NCBI RefSeq assembly: GCF_009914755.1
Contig: NC_060929.1
Source of the DNA: the human T2T-CHM13v2.0 reference genome, Homo sapiens
Length of the DNA: 64,000 nt
Direction: 5' to 3' (one strand)
Shown one piece after another: positions 36,701 to 50,200 of the stretch (positions within the stretch are counted from its first letter, which is position 1; each line of letters opens with the position of its first letter). A program made the position numbers and the translations under genes. A model generated the notes under the pieces. It did no database searches. It was not told the DNA's origin and was given only the letters and a program-made list of their open reading frames with translations.

Positions 36701-37717
36701 TGCATGCAACACACTTAGGGGAGGAGTGGCCCCAGAATTCAGCACGCACACAACACACAAGGGAGAGAACCCCCAGATGAGAAAATAGGAAGGAGCAATC
36801 ATTTGTAGATGGGTGAAAAAAGAATGAGGTTCAAGGGAGCGTGCACCAGGTGAGGTGAGCGTGTGTGCTCTCAGGGAAGGGCCCAGGCTCCCATGCCTGG
36901 GAGGAGCTGCCAGAGAGAAGCAAAAAGGCGGCTGTGGATCGCCCTGGGCTGGGCACCAGTGACAGGTCAGGATCTCCAAACATGGACGTCCTCCCCTCCA
37001 AATCCAGAAGCTCCCAGAAGGTGTCCTTAACTGCAAAGCTGTGCAGGGTACTCCTCCAGATGGAATCAGGAAGTCCAGACACCATCCCAGGTGTGTGTAA
37101 GAGAGAGAGAGAGAACAGGGAGGATACAGAAGTATTGCAGCCCAGATCCCCTATCAGGGGGACAGCTGGTGGGCAAAGCAGCCACCCCACAGCCTTGTGG
37201 CTAGAGTACAGTGGGGTGGACCCTCCAGCCCCAATAGCCCTAGTACCCAGCTGGCAGGGTTGCCCACCCCTGCTGTCCACCTGCTCCATCCTCTAGGGTT
37301 CCACAGGCCCCTGACCGCACAGGGAGGCTGGGGCCAGCCTGGTCTCCCAGGCCTGAGGACATGCCTCCCACCAAATGTCCCCTGCTCCAGTCCCACTCCT
37401 GTCACCCCACGCTCTGCACTGGGGAGAAAACGGGAGGTGCTCGTGCTGGCCCTGGGTGGGAGCGGGGAGTCCTGGTGAGACCCCGGTGAGATGGACCATC
37501 CTGCCCGCGTGGGGGATCCCCTTTCCCACATCCGTGCTGTGTCATTGTTGCTCTGCTTCCTTTCAATGTGTCAGTGCCTGGGGGGAGGGGAGGAGCACCC
37601 CCTCAGCCCCCCTGAACCTGACCAAAAGCCATGGCTGTTGCTCCCCCCTTTGTATGATGCAAATGCTGAAATGTACAAAATCAACCATGACAACAAAGAA
37701 AAAGACCTTGTACAGCA
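33742..37717 (+). other. CPLX2: CPLX2 long 3' UTR (3' end inferred)
   Basis: About 4 kb after the stop codon with no interspersed repeat that I can recognise. It ends in a TGTA / AACAAA / GT-rich arrangement at 37650-37740, and L2/MIR relics resume at ~38300. Confidence 0.7.
34880..35320 (+). repeat. Degenerate TG-rich low-complexity tract in the 3' UTR
   Basis: Dense TGTGTG/TATGTG runs over ~440 bp. Confidence 0.8.
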
Positions 37718-39391
37718 GCTCTCTGTCTGTGCTCTTCTGTCCATCGGCACCACCAGAGACAAACAGGGGCACCAACTCACCAGGGAGGAGGCAACCCACA
37801 AAGCTCGAGGCCCCAGAAAATCTTCAATTTTACCCTGGCTTCTGGCCAGGACACCATGGAGATGACTCCAGAAATCAACCGCAGCCAGAGTTGGGACTGG
37901 GCTTGGGGTTCCAGGATCACTCTGCTTCCCTGCCTTCCAGAATCAATTCTTCAGCCCCAGGGGCTGAGTGTTCCCCATGGACCACCCCCCCACCCCCCGC
38001 ACACACACACCATCTCTGACACCCCTTCCCCCGAGCCCCTCTGGGTGCCACTTCCTGAGAATGCTGTCAAGTCGCACGGTGGGCAGCAACCTGTCCTCAT
38101 TCATTCCCCAGACACTGAGGGAGACCTACTCCCCACGGGCCACGTGCAGAAGCCTGGGGTCCCAAAGAAAGGACACCACTCAGCATTCCTCCCAGACACA
38201 GGCACTTCCCAGGCCTTGGTGAGGAGTCAGAACTGTTCCGGAACCCCCTCCACCCTTACCCTCACCCTAATACCCTGCCTTAGTTAGGTCCCAATCCTCT
38301 CAGCTTGGCTGGGCCCTTCCCATGGCCACGCAATGGTCTCCCAGCCCCCACCCCTCTCCTTCCATGCACCCTCTTCTGCCACCCTGCGCCTGCCTCCAAG
38401 GCGCATCCAAAATGCAGACTTCACCATGTCACTCCCTGCCCAGAGCCCTCTAAAGGCCTACAGGAAGGCGCCTGCCTATAGGATAACATCCAGATTGTCC
38501 AAATGGCCCTGTGTGATGTGGCCTCAACCTACTGATCAGACCCACACCCACCTCTGTGCTCCAAGTGCCCCAGTCCCCATCTATACCATCTTCTTGGTGT
38601 TTGCATATTCTGTCCCCGGTGCCTGAGATGAATGGTGCCCTTACTCTCCTTGGTGCTCTAAGGAGCTTGGAGCTCCCTCAAGCTCCAGCTCAAACATCAC
38701 TTCCTCTGCGAAGCCCACTCTGATCCAGCCCGTCTCCCTGACCAGAGCAGAGGCTGTTGTGCTCACAGCCACATAGCATCATGTCTGAGTGTTCAGACAG
38801 CGCTGGATGTGCTTACGGCTCTGTCACCCAGCAGAGTGATCTTGAGTAAGCCACTTAACCCCTCTGAGTGTTTGCTCGCAAGTGAAATGGGATGATAAGC
38901 ATTGCTCCGATCTCCACGCTTGTTGTGAAGAGTAAATGGGGTCCTGCACATGCTTTGAGCACCACACGCCAAGCATTCAGTGAATGGAGCTTTGCAATTT
39001 CTGTTGAAAGAGATGTCGCTGCACCTGTATCCCTCACTAACTTGGGAGCTTTATGAGGGCAGGGCTGGCCTGTGCTCTGATCCCTCTGCAACACCCAGCA
39101 TAGGGTCTGGCCCACAGTGTGTTGCCAGGGACCCCAATGCTGATTCAGGGCCCAAGATATCAATCTTTGCACCATCTACTTGGTAGCCACAGTCACTCTT
39201 CTTTTGGCTCTTTGTACTTACTAGGCAATGAGGGGAGGGGTGCAGACCCTGATCCCCCACCTTCTATGTCCTGACATCACCCTCCTGCCTGTTCTCCCAG
39301 ATCCGCCCATACCCCTGGGTTAGTGCACTGTAGGTAGCAGGGCCCCTGGACTCTCTGAGTCAGATGGAGCTCAGTGTGCAATGGGAGGCCG

Positions 39392-39970
39392 TGCTAGTGA
39401 TCAATGGCTACATAACAAATTATTACAAACTCAGCAGCTTAAAACAACACATGTGTATTATCTCCATTTCTGTGGGTCAGGAGTCCCAGCACAGCTTACC
39501 AGGGTCCTTCTGCTTCAGGACCTCTCACAGGGCTGCAGTCAAGGTGCAGGCCAGGGTTGGGGTCTCATCAGAAGGCTCAGCTAGGCATGACTCACTTCCA
39601 AGCTCACATGATTACTGGCAGGCTTCAGTTCCTGTTGGATTGCGGGCTTCAGTTCTTGGCTGACTGTTGGCTGGAGGCCATCCCCTAGCCCTTGCCAGGT
39701 GGGCCTCTCCCACTGGGGCAGCTCACCACAGGGCAGCTTGCTTCACCAAAGCGTGCAAGCCACAAAGGCAACAGAGAGAGTCTGCTAGCAAGATGTAAGC
39801 CACGTTGTTATATAAACTAATCATGGAGGTGACTCCCCCGTCACCCTTGCCATCTTCTATTGGCTAGAGGTAAGTCACAGGACTCACCCACACTCTTGGG
39901 CAGGAGACTGCACAGGGTGTGAATACCAGGACAGGGGATTATTGGGGGCATCTTAGAGGCTGCCCACCAT
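39392..39970 (-). mobile_element. MaLR LTR (MLT1E/F-like)
   Basis: cataacaaattattacaaactcagcagcttaaaacaacac...ttctgtgggtcaggagtcc...gggcatcttagaggctgcccaccata. Confidence 0.8.
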
Positions 39971-42165
39971 AGAGACTGAGGCAACTCCCCCTTTCCTACA
40001 AAGCACTGGAGTAGAGCAGGGCCTTGGAGAAGCCAGAGCTCCAAACCTCTTCAGCCACAGGGTCCCAGGCGGTGGAGGAAATGTCTCAGAGCTGGAGCAG
40101 CAGCCAATGGCAGGCTCTCCTGGAGCCTCTACAAGACTACGGTCATTCCCAGAGCCCCCAGGCTGGGCTCTGAGGGCCTCCTAAGGGTGGGGACTGGAGA
40201 GAAAGAGAACAAAAGGGCTTGTGGCTTCCCTGAGAGTCCATCTGTGTGCTCTGCCCAGCACCCCAGGCACTGTCCTCCTAAGACTCAGGGCGCACCTCCA
40301 GAAACAACCCAGCCTGGGACACTCAGATAGCTGCCCTCAGCTTCCATCTCCTCTCCACTCCACTCAGTGGATCGCAAGGTCAGTAAATGCCAGCATCCTC
40401 TCATTTTCAGTCCTGAATGTCTTCTCCTAAGAGTCTTAATCCTCTCCGGTAAAATGAGTATTCACTGGGCTTCCACCATGTGCTAGACACCAAGAATACC
40501 AATCATACAGCCCTCCCTCCAGGAACCTACGTGCTGAAGGAGGAGATAATGGAGAAACAGAACAGCTGCCCACCACAGCATGAGCAGTGCCACCGGTGAA
40601 CTTGGGATCGTGCTGCAGGCTCCCTGGAGGGGTTTACATCTGAGATGAGTCTTCAATGAGTAGGAATCAGCCTGGTGGAGAAGGAGGGCACATCCAGGAG
40701 AGGGACTGGCATGAACAAAGGCATGGAGCAGACAAAAGTAGTTTAACCTGGGCAATGGGAGTGGGGGATGGAGAAACAGAGGGTATCTGCGTGAATTCAT
40801 TGAGCTCTCCGTGAAAGGCTGAGAGGTCGGGGACTTCAACCTGGGTGCCAGGACGTGGAGCTTGGACTCTACCTGCAGGCAATGGGAAGTCACTGAAGGG
40901 TATTGAGCAGAGATATGCCATGATCAGATGTGCAGATTGAGGAAGATCAGCTGGGGCTGTGAGGAAGGTGAACCCCAAAATGTAGCCATGTCTTGACTAT
41001 TGACTTCACTACAGGATCAAAGCACAGGAAATCAAGAAACCTGGGATGGGAAGGGGATGTAAAGTCAAATCCATCCTCCCATGCAATTCAGGAAAACCTC
41101 CTGTGTCATCTTAGGTAGAGGGCGCACTCCTGCTTACATTCTCCACAGTGTTGGGAAGCTCATTCTAGGCAGACAGCTCCCCTCTTTCTCCTAAACCAAA
41201 AGCTGCCAGGAAGCAGGGGGTTAATGAAGCCTCCTCCAGCATCTCTTTAATTGACTGCAAAATCCTGCTTCCAGACCACTCACTTAGCACTTGTAATTAA
41301 TTGGGGCTTCTTGCCTGATCTGAGAGATGATGCGATACCCCCTGAGGACAATGTTTTCTCAGCTGGGATTCTCCAGCTGGAGACAACGCTACACACCCAG
41401 CGTCTCCACAGGCACTAGTCTGGGTATGAGTGCAGGCTCCAGCCCTTTCCCTCTGGGTGAGCTCAGGCAGGGCACTTCCCCGTCGGAGCACAGAGCCAGC
41501 ACATTGCACAGACTCAGTGGGTGGGTCAGAGCTGGTGTCACCATCTCCGTGGGCTCCAGACCCAGGGCATCCACTCTATCCTGGGACAGGACCAGGGGTC
41601 TTCAGCTCTTGGCCACATCAACTCCCTGCTGCTCTCATTGTGAGAGGCACTTGCCATGGCCCTGTCTGCATGAGGGTCAAGACAGCCCATGTCAAAGTAC
41701 ATAAGACAGGGGAGAAAAAGGGAAGGCAAGGGAACCCCTACTCACCAACCACCTGCTGTATGCCACACATGGGGGCTGATTACTTTAAAGCCTCCTGCTC
41801 TCCTCATCCCAACAGGAATCTGTGAAGTCAGTATTCTCCCCACTTTACATATGAGAAAGCTGAGGCTCACAGGTAAAAGCGTGAAATGGAAATGGACACA
41901 GGCTTTGGACTCAGACAAACCTGGCCTTCAATCTGATTCCTTGTATCTGATCCTGGGCAAGTGATCCAACAGCCCTGAACCTGGGTTTTATCTATTTTTA
42001 AAAATTATTATGTATTATAATACATACATAATAATACATAATAAAAATTACTATATATACTAATGCCCACCATGACCACCAGGGTCATTGAGGGAACTGA
42101 ATAAAATGCCCATAGATCCCCTAGCACAGTGCCAGGCACATAGCAGGTACCTAAAAAATAATAGC

Positions 42166-42469
<304 letters not shown>

Positions 42470-42782
42470 GACAGCCATTGCTACTAAATGCTACTATTAC
42501 TATAGCAAGACTGATGAAGAAAAGTAACTAGAGGAGGAAAGGAAAGGAGGGAGAAGAAATGAAAAGGATAAGGAGAATAATTTGTTATGACAAAAATCCT
42601 CCAGTCATCCAAATAGTAAATTGGGAAGCCTGGATTTAAAAAACCAACCTGTCTTTTGTCTTTTCATGTAACACAAGACAGGTGAGAGCCAAGGGCTGAA
42701 GTGAGTTAGGGGACAGAGGGAATAACTGACTCCTTCAGGAAGCGCTCTTGAATTTTAGCTCAAAAGACACTTAGCAATTTGC

Positions 42783-43508
42783 AGTAGTTACCTGTTACTC
42801 CATAATAAATTACCCCAAAATATTAGTTGAGTGTGGTGGTGCACACTTGTAGTCCTAGCTACTCAGGAGGCTGAGGTGGGAGCATTGCTTCAGGAGGCTG
42901 AGCTGCAGTGAGCTATGATCATGCCACTGCACTCTGACCTGGGCAACAGAGTGAGATCCTATTTCTATAAAAATAAATAAATAAATCACCCTAAAACTTA
43001 GTGGCTTCAAGCAATAAACATTTATTTTCTGTCCATTTCTGTGGGTCAGGAATTCTGGAGTGGCCTAAGTAGTTCTGGATTGGGGTCTGTCATGAAGCTA
43101 CAATCAAGATGTCAGCCAGTCCTGCAGTCTCATCTGAAGGCTTGACTGGGCTGGAGGATCCACCTCCAAGGTGGCTCAGTCACGGGACTGGCAGCTGGTG
43201 CTGGCTATTGGCAGGAGGCCTCTTTTCCAGAGCCTCTTCATAGAACTTCTTTAGCATCCTTGCAATATGGCAGCTAGCCTCCCCCAGAGTGAGTAATCCA
43301 AGAGAGCAAGGTGGAAGCTGCAATGTCTTTCATGACCTAGCCTCAGACACATACCATACCTTCTGCAGTATTTTATTAGCCACACCAACCAGCTGTGATT
43401 CAATGTGAGCGGATGCTACACAGGGCATGAATACTGGGAGGGAAGCTCCCTGGGGAGTGCCCCCACTCCGCGCCCCCCCCCCACCCCTTGCAGGTTGTCT
43501 ACCTCACA
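42783..43508 (-). mobile_element. MaLR LTR (MLT1F/G-like), interrupted by an Alu monomer
   Basis: cttagtggcttcaagcaataaacattt...gtgggtcaggaattc...catctgaaggcttgactgggctggaggatccacctccaag. Confidence 0.8.
42821..42979 (+). mobile_element. Alu right-arm monomer (FRAM or 5'-truncated AluJ) inside an MLT1 LTR
   Basis: Single Alu arm flanked by a 17-bp imperfect TSD: aataaattaccccaaaa (42804-42820) and aataaatcaccctaaaa (42980-42996). Confidence 0.85.
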
Positions 43509-44419
43509 ATGCAGACCTCAGCACACCTGCAGCTCTTTCTTTAGTCTCTAGTTAATAAACACTCCTTCATTCATCCATCCATTGAGAAAACATCTCCTCA
43601 TTCCTTTCTGCCATCAGCAAGTGCCTTCCTACCAAGGGCCTCCTCACAGCCAAACCCAGGCTAAGCACTGCCTTTCAGACCCAAATCTGACATGGTCACC
43701 AGAGCCTGTAGTCGGGACATGCAAATCAACACACAGCAAGCAGCCTATCATGAGCAAACACTTGGAACCTGGTTCCAAGCCAGGCTTCATTTGACCTTGA
43801 TCACATTATCTCATCTCTCAGGGCCTCCGTAAAAAGAGATAAGACTTGCACTGCCCAGTCATGGCAAAAATATGTTAAAGTGCCCAGCACAAGGCAAGTT
43901 CTCAATAAATGATGACTAAGACTGTTAATATTACTATTCTAAACAAACAGAACTTGCACCCCCAAACCCGAACAGTCACACACCTAGGCTTCCCCCACCC
44001 TTCAAGAGAAGGCTGGGCTCTTGGACCCCAACGCTGGCCCCCAGCTCCTGCCAGCCACCTTCTCCAAGGCCTAGCTGAGCCTTGCCTTGGCTCTGCCTGC
44101 CAGAGCCTCCCCAGCTGCCAGCCCTAATCAGCCGCTCCAGCCAAGACCTCAAATTGATTTGCCATCGTTTAGCTGGGAAGCAAGAGCTCTTCTTGACTCC
44201 TGGCCAAAATCCATTCTGTGATAGCAGAGTAATCACCTCCATGGCGGGTGTCCGGAGAATGTGATAGAGATCTAGGACACAAAGTCTCCATCCTAACGCC
44301 CAGAACTCCAGCCTCGCTGCAGCACACCTCTGGTCTCCCTCCTCCCTCCTGCACCTGTGCGGCCACCATGTGTGTCCTCTGCAGTAGCATGTCCCCTCCT
44401 GTACTTTACGTGGTCTGAT

Positions 44420-44918
44420 GCAGTAGCTCTAAAACTTTGCAGCACAGCAGACTAGCCTGGGGAAGCTCCAAAATATACTGAAGCCTGGCCCTGGCCCCCT
44501 GACAATCTGATTCAATTGGTATGGGGTGCATGCTGGGCATGGAGGTGCTTTTCAGTTAGTTAGTTTGTTTGTTTGTTTGTTTGTTTGTTTGTTTGTTTGA
44601 GACAGGGTCTCGCTCTGTCACCAAGGCTGGAATGCCCCATGGTGCAATCACAGCTCAGTGCAGCCTCGATCTCTTGGGCTCAAGCAATCCTCTTGCCTCA
44701 GCCTCCCTAGTAGCTGGGACTGCAGGCATGCACCATCAAACTCAGCTAAATATTGTTTTGTTTTAAGAGATGAGGACTTGTTGTGTTGCCCAGGCTGGTC
44801 TTGAACTCCTGGCCTCAAATGATCCTCCTGCCTCAGCCACCCAGGCATTGGGGTTTTTAATTAAGAGCTCTCTAGGGGGTTCTGATGGGCAGCAAAGTCA
44901 GGGAACTGCTAGTCTAAG
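44420..44918. mobile_element. MER5A-like hAT element (split by an Alu)
   Basis: cagtagctctaaaacttt...ctgattcaattggtatgggg...ttctgatgggcagcaaagtcagggaactgct. Confidence 0.65.
44560..44850 (-). mobile_element. Alu (AluJ-like) with (GTTT)n tail, inserted in a MER5A-like element
   Basis: gagacagggtctcgctctgtcacc...ctcaagcaatcctcttgcctcagcctcc...gaactcctggcctcaa is reverse-strand Alu sequence. Confidence 0.92.
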
Positions 44919-45143
44919 GCATACAGCACTGCCACCCCTGGATGCGTGCACTCAGCATGACTCATTTAGTCACTCAACAATTATTTATTGAGCACCTACA
45001 ATGGCTGAGCGCTGTTCTAAGGGCTGGAAATGCCACCAAGAACAAAGTCATTGCCTGCATAGACTCAACATTCTAGTCAAAGGCAGTGGCCAAGAAACAA
45101 GAGAATAAGTAAAATTTATAAGCTACTAAATAATAATAAATGC

Positions 45144-45428
45144 CGGCCAGGCACAGTGGCTCACGCCTGTAATCCCAGCATTTTGGGAGGCCGAAGCAGG
45201 CAGATCACCTGAGGAGTCCAAGACCAGCCTGGCCAACATGGTGAAACCCCGTCTCTACTAAAAATACAAAAATTAGCCAGGTATGGTGGTGCACACCTAT
45301 AATCCCAGCTACTTGGGAGGCTAAGGCAGGAGAATTGCTTCAAGTGAGCTGAGACTGAGCCACTGCACTCCAGCCTGGGTGACAGAGCAAGACTCCATCT
45401 CATAATAATAATAATAATAATAATAATA
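45144..45428 (+). mobile_element. Alu (AluS-type) with (ATA)n tail
   Basis: ggccaggcacagtggctcacgcctgtaatcccagca...; small deletion in the right arm. Confidence 0.93.
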
Positions 45429-46769
45429 AGTGCTTAAGAAGTCATGTGTGGCCAAAGTGGCTTTTGAATGACACCTGAGTCCCCCATATACCAGCTTATG
45501 GCATCTGCCCTGCCTACTGCTGGACAGATTCTGGTCCCTTACCTCAGGTCTAGACTGAGTCTCCACCTCAGCCATAGAGTGACGCCGACTCACACTGTAC
45601 CCCCAACCCTGGCCACACACTCAGTCTTGACACCAAGCACAGAGTGAGGCTTAACCCTAGTGGCAGACCGAGCCCGAGGATGTGATAGTCTCTGACCATT
45701 TGCTTGGGCCCCAAATTCTCCCATGATCCCAGGTCTTATCTCCCAGCAGCACCGCATGCAGAGAACAAAGCTCCCTAATGCCTGTCTAGCCCTGCTGCCA
45801 ATCCCAAACTTAGCTCTACTCTCCACAACTTTCCCTACAGAAAACCCACTGGGTTTTCTAAGGATTTTTACTACTGGTGTCTACAGGCACAAGAAAACAG
45901 ATGGGCTAAACAGATGGGAAAAGCCTCCGAGTGGTAAGGTTTTCGAAGCTGGAAGGTCCCTTAGAGAGCATCCAACCTCACCCCCTTGCTTTACAGCAAG
46001 GCCCAGAGAAGTTCCTAAGTAACTTGCTCAAGGTCATGCAGCAAACCAGCAGCTAAACCAGAAATGGAATCCAGGTCGCCTCTCAGCCCAGTGTTCCCTC
46101 TCCTGCCTCCCTACAACAGAGTAGGGGGTATCGCCCATCTGGTAAAACAGCGCCCAGAATTTCCTCTGGGAACCCACTCCTCCTCTATTCTCTACCCATG
46201 ATTTGCGTGAAATCCAATCCAATCTTCGGCAAGTGTTCCCCTGGTCCTGTGATTGGGTGGAAGCCAGACTCAGCACCCAATTGGGCAAGGCGGGGCCGGG
46301 AAGTGTGCTGAGACCGCAGTTCCTCCTCCTTGGTGCACTCAAAGCTGAGGACTGGGAGGCACGAGTGCTGCCTGCCTCACTGTCATCTCACGTGGGCTGA
46401 GGATGAAGCCAATCCCGGATGAGGAGGAAATGTGTGCAATGAAGAGAAATGGAATTGTCGGGGCATCATCTGAACATCCACCAACCCATACCTGGAAGAG
46501 TTCCTCCCTCTGGCTTTTTTAGTTCCGTAAGTCAATAAAATCCCCTTGTACTTAAAGCCATCTGGGTTGGGTCGCTGTTGTGTGCAGGCCTGACCAATAC
46601 CGAAGGCAAGCTCTTTCTGGCTCTCCCAGAACGGCACTTCCCTACATCAAACCGTCCCGCTCTCAGACCTCAACCATCTTTTTGCCCTTGGTTTCTCCCC
46701 ACTCCTGGAGCTCCATGGAGCATGGTCCCTCCCCCGACAGGGCTCTGTCTTCTCCAGTGTCCCCCACAT

Positions 46770-47278
46770 TGTGGCAGGCAGAACAATGCCCCTAACCCCC
46801 ACAAAGATGTCCACATCCTAATGCCTAGAATCTGTGAATATGTTCTTATCGTACGCAGCAAAGAGGAATTAATGCTGCAGATGCAATTAAGGTTTCTAAT
46901 CATCTGATCTCAAAAGAGTAGATTATCCTGGATTATCTGATTGGGTGCAATGTAAACACCAATGTCCTTAAAAGTGGAAGAAAGAGGCAGAAGAGAGCCA
47001 GGGTGACAGCAGTGTCAGAAGGACGCAGCCCAACATTTCTGGCTTTAAAGACAGAAAGGGCCCATGAGCCAAAGAAAGTGGGCGGCCTCTAGAAGCGGGA
47101 AAAGGCGAGGAAACAGACTCCTCCTGAGAGCCTCCAGGAGGAACACAGCCCTGCCCACACCTTGATGTTAGCCCAGTGAGATTGAGTCTGGTCAGATTTC
47201 TGACCTCCAGAACCCTAAGAGAATAACTGTGTTGTTTCAGGCACTGCGTTTGTTACAGCAGCAATGGGAAACGGATAT
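46770..47278 (+). mobile_element. MaLR solo LTR (MLT1D-like)
   Basis: tgtggcaggcagaacaatgcccc...aaagatgtccacatcctaat...gattatcctggattatc...tttgttacagcagcaatgggaaac; ~500 bp. Confidence 0.85.
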
Positions 47279-50200
47279 GATACTGGTACTCAACAGGGTG
47301 GTTAACAAACAATCCCCCTGAGGCCCTGGATCAGCACTAAGCACAGGCCTGACTCTGAGCTGGATGCCAGGAACAGCGAGATAAACAAGGCCCCCAGTGC
47401 CAACCCTCCAGGCTCTGGCAGTCAGCTGGGGCAGGGGCCAGATCTGCAGTAGACTCTGGCACAGCATGCTCAGTGCTGTAACGCAGGACCGCGCAGGATG
47501 CTGCCGGAGACCAGGGTAGAGACACCCAAACCTGCTGGGGGCATTTCCTAGAGGAGGCAGAAGCTGAGCTGACTCTCGAGTTAGCTAAGATTGAAAACCA
47601 AAAGCCAGGGGGTGGGGATGCGGGGCAGGCATCCCAGGCAGAAGGAGCTGCAGGAGCAGAGGCTCCGAGATTGGGGGAGCCAGCCCCCTGTGGGAACTGG
47701 AGGGTGCAAAGGGCTGCAGGGGGATGCGGAAGCAGAGGCTACAGCGGGGACCCGGCTGTGCGGGCCTGGAATGCCAGAATAAGGAGAGCGAACTTCAACC
47801 ACAGGGCTGGGGGCCACTGGAAATATCAGGCAGGAAAGAGATGTAGACAGACAGCGGGACCAAAGTGAAGACTGTGAAATGGTCCAACAGGGAAGGGAAG
47901 GTGTGAGGTCTAGGGCTGTGAGGAAGGGAGTGGAGGGAGACACTGGAGAGCTGACATCCCTGCGGGGGGAAGGAAAGAAACAGAGTTGAGGATGAGTCCA
48001 GTTTTCTGGCCTGGACTAGTGCTCTTCCTGAAGACAGGTGCCACGGAGGCAGAGCAGATTTGAGGGGAGGAGGAGAATGCAGGAGTCTGTGGAGCCTGGA
48101 AACACCCCAAGAGACACCCTGGAGACAGCTGCTCAGCAGAGAGGTCTGAGCTGTAGACAGGAATTCGAGTCACCACCGATGGCCGGGGAGCACATGGTGA
48201 CGGGGAGAGAAGAGGCCAGGGGAACTGAGCCACCTAACAGATGTCCTTCCACATGGAACAAGGGAAAATGCTGTGGTCTGCAATATGGGAGCAGGAAGAG
48301 GCCCCAAAACTGCAAACAGAAATGGCAGGATTCTCAGAGACAGACAAGGCGGGGTGTGAGAGTCCAATGGACACCCCCAGCCCCCACCATGGAAGCCAAG
48401 GCCTCAGGATGGGGGTGCCCCTCAGAGGGGCCATGGGGACCAGGTCTGACATTAATCCAGCTCCCTGCCTGCATATAAGGATGCCCAAGACATCTGTGCT
48501 GCCAGGGGGTAGCCATGGTGACAGGTATAGGCCCTGGAGAAGCCCCAATATCACCTCTCCCCCAATCAAATGAGACCAAGGGGTTTCCTAGTCCAGGCAG
48601 AGCCAAGCCCCACCCCCTCAACACACAACTCCCACAGTTGGTTTTTCCCTTCCCACCAAGCTCTTCAACATAGGGAGTATTTAATAACTGGCTGCCAAGT
48701 CCCCTGGGGACAGGCTAATGAAGCTGCCTCCCTGCCTCCCACCTCGTCTGGGGCCTTGGCCCCCTCCCCACCTCTCCCTGCCTATTCTACCCCTCCCAGC
48801 TCTCTCCTAAACCTTCCACCTCCTCCTCTCTGAAGCAATGGGGACCCAAATTGCTTTAGATGAGAAAGGGAGGCAGAAGACGCAGGCCAGAAAGTAAAGT
48901 CTCCCTCTGTGCCTCCCGTTCCAGTGTCCTCAGAATATTTGCTGAGTGACTGTGGGACAAAGGCGCACCACCCACCTGCCATGTTTCTGGGGTGCTGCAG
49001 GCTGCAATTGGGTCTCTGGCCTCCAGCAGAAAAGGGGTCCCAGGGTGGAAGAAATGGTGCTTGTATGTCACATGGACTGGGGGGAATCTGGCTTCTCTAC
49101 CTTCCAGTGTGTGACCGTGGTGGAAGTCTCCCAGTTTCCTAGAAGCTCAGTTTCCTCGTCTGCGAAATGGGAACAATACCCCCTCACACAGACAGGCTGG
49201 AAGGAGACCATGTATGTACAGCACCTGCCACAGGGCCTGATACGCAGAATGTTTGCAATAAATTATACGCCAGAATGTTTCCAATTGCACTCCTTGGCAA
49301 GGTGAGGTGTCCAATCAGGATGTGGCGGTTGCCCTGGAAACACAGGTTTCTCTACACAAAGGGTCAGCAGATGCCATGGGGACTAAGCTCACCTCTCTGG
49401 CTTCCCCTAGGCTGGTTTTGTCCCTCCAGGGGTTGGTACTAATTTCTAAAACCCCTTTCTTCCTCTTACTTAATCACTTCTAATCCCTTGAGGGCTTGAT
49501 CAGGTGGAGTCTGTGGTTCAAGCTGGTGAGTTGCGGAAGCTCAGATCCTTCGTCACACATCCTTCCTCAAGATCACAATCAGGACAGTGTGGGGAGGAGA
49601 CAGAAACGCTCCTCGCCCTGTCTGAGCAGTTCGCCGCGACCATGCCTGTTCCCTGACACAGCTTTCCACCGTCAGGATGGTCATTCTGCCTCTCAGGCGG
49701 GCTCCTCAGGCTGTGTGCCCTTCCCCCCTCCCCCAGCTCAGGAGCCTGATGCCTTTCTCAGCCCAGGCTCAAAGGAGATCACTGGGCAGCTCTGTCTCCT
49801 GAAGACCAGGCTGCAAACTCCTCTGGGGTTCTGTGAAGGACACCGGCTGAGCATGCTGGCCTTCTCTCCTTCTTCTAAGAGCAGAACCCCAATATTATTT
49901 TGAGGGACCACCCTTCTCTACTCTCAACCCCTGTTCTGGCTCCCCTGGCCAACTTCAAAGGTGAATCAGGATGGGTTCAAGGATGATCCCATGAAGCAGC
50001 TATGACCAGTAAGAACCCCATCTGAAATGCTCACGAGAACCACTGGGAAAGCAGCTGCCCCTCCCTCCCCTCCCCTCCCTTCCCCAGCCCTCCCCTCCCC
50101 TCTGCTCTGGCTAAATGGCTACATACAGGTCTGGAGCTGCCAGTGTTCCTCCTGCCACCTTCTAGGGAGGGCCCACTTGGGAAGGACGTTCACACAGGGG

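Noticed and set aside
35402-38019. Several 200+ aa ORFs in the CPLX2 3' UTR on both strands
   Set aside because: GC-rich UTR sequence with no recognisable domains or splice context; such lengths are expected by chance.
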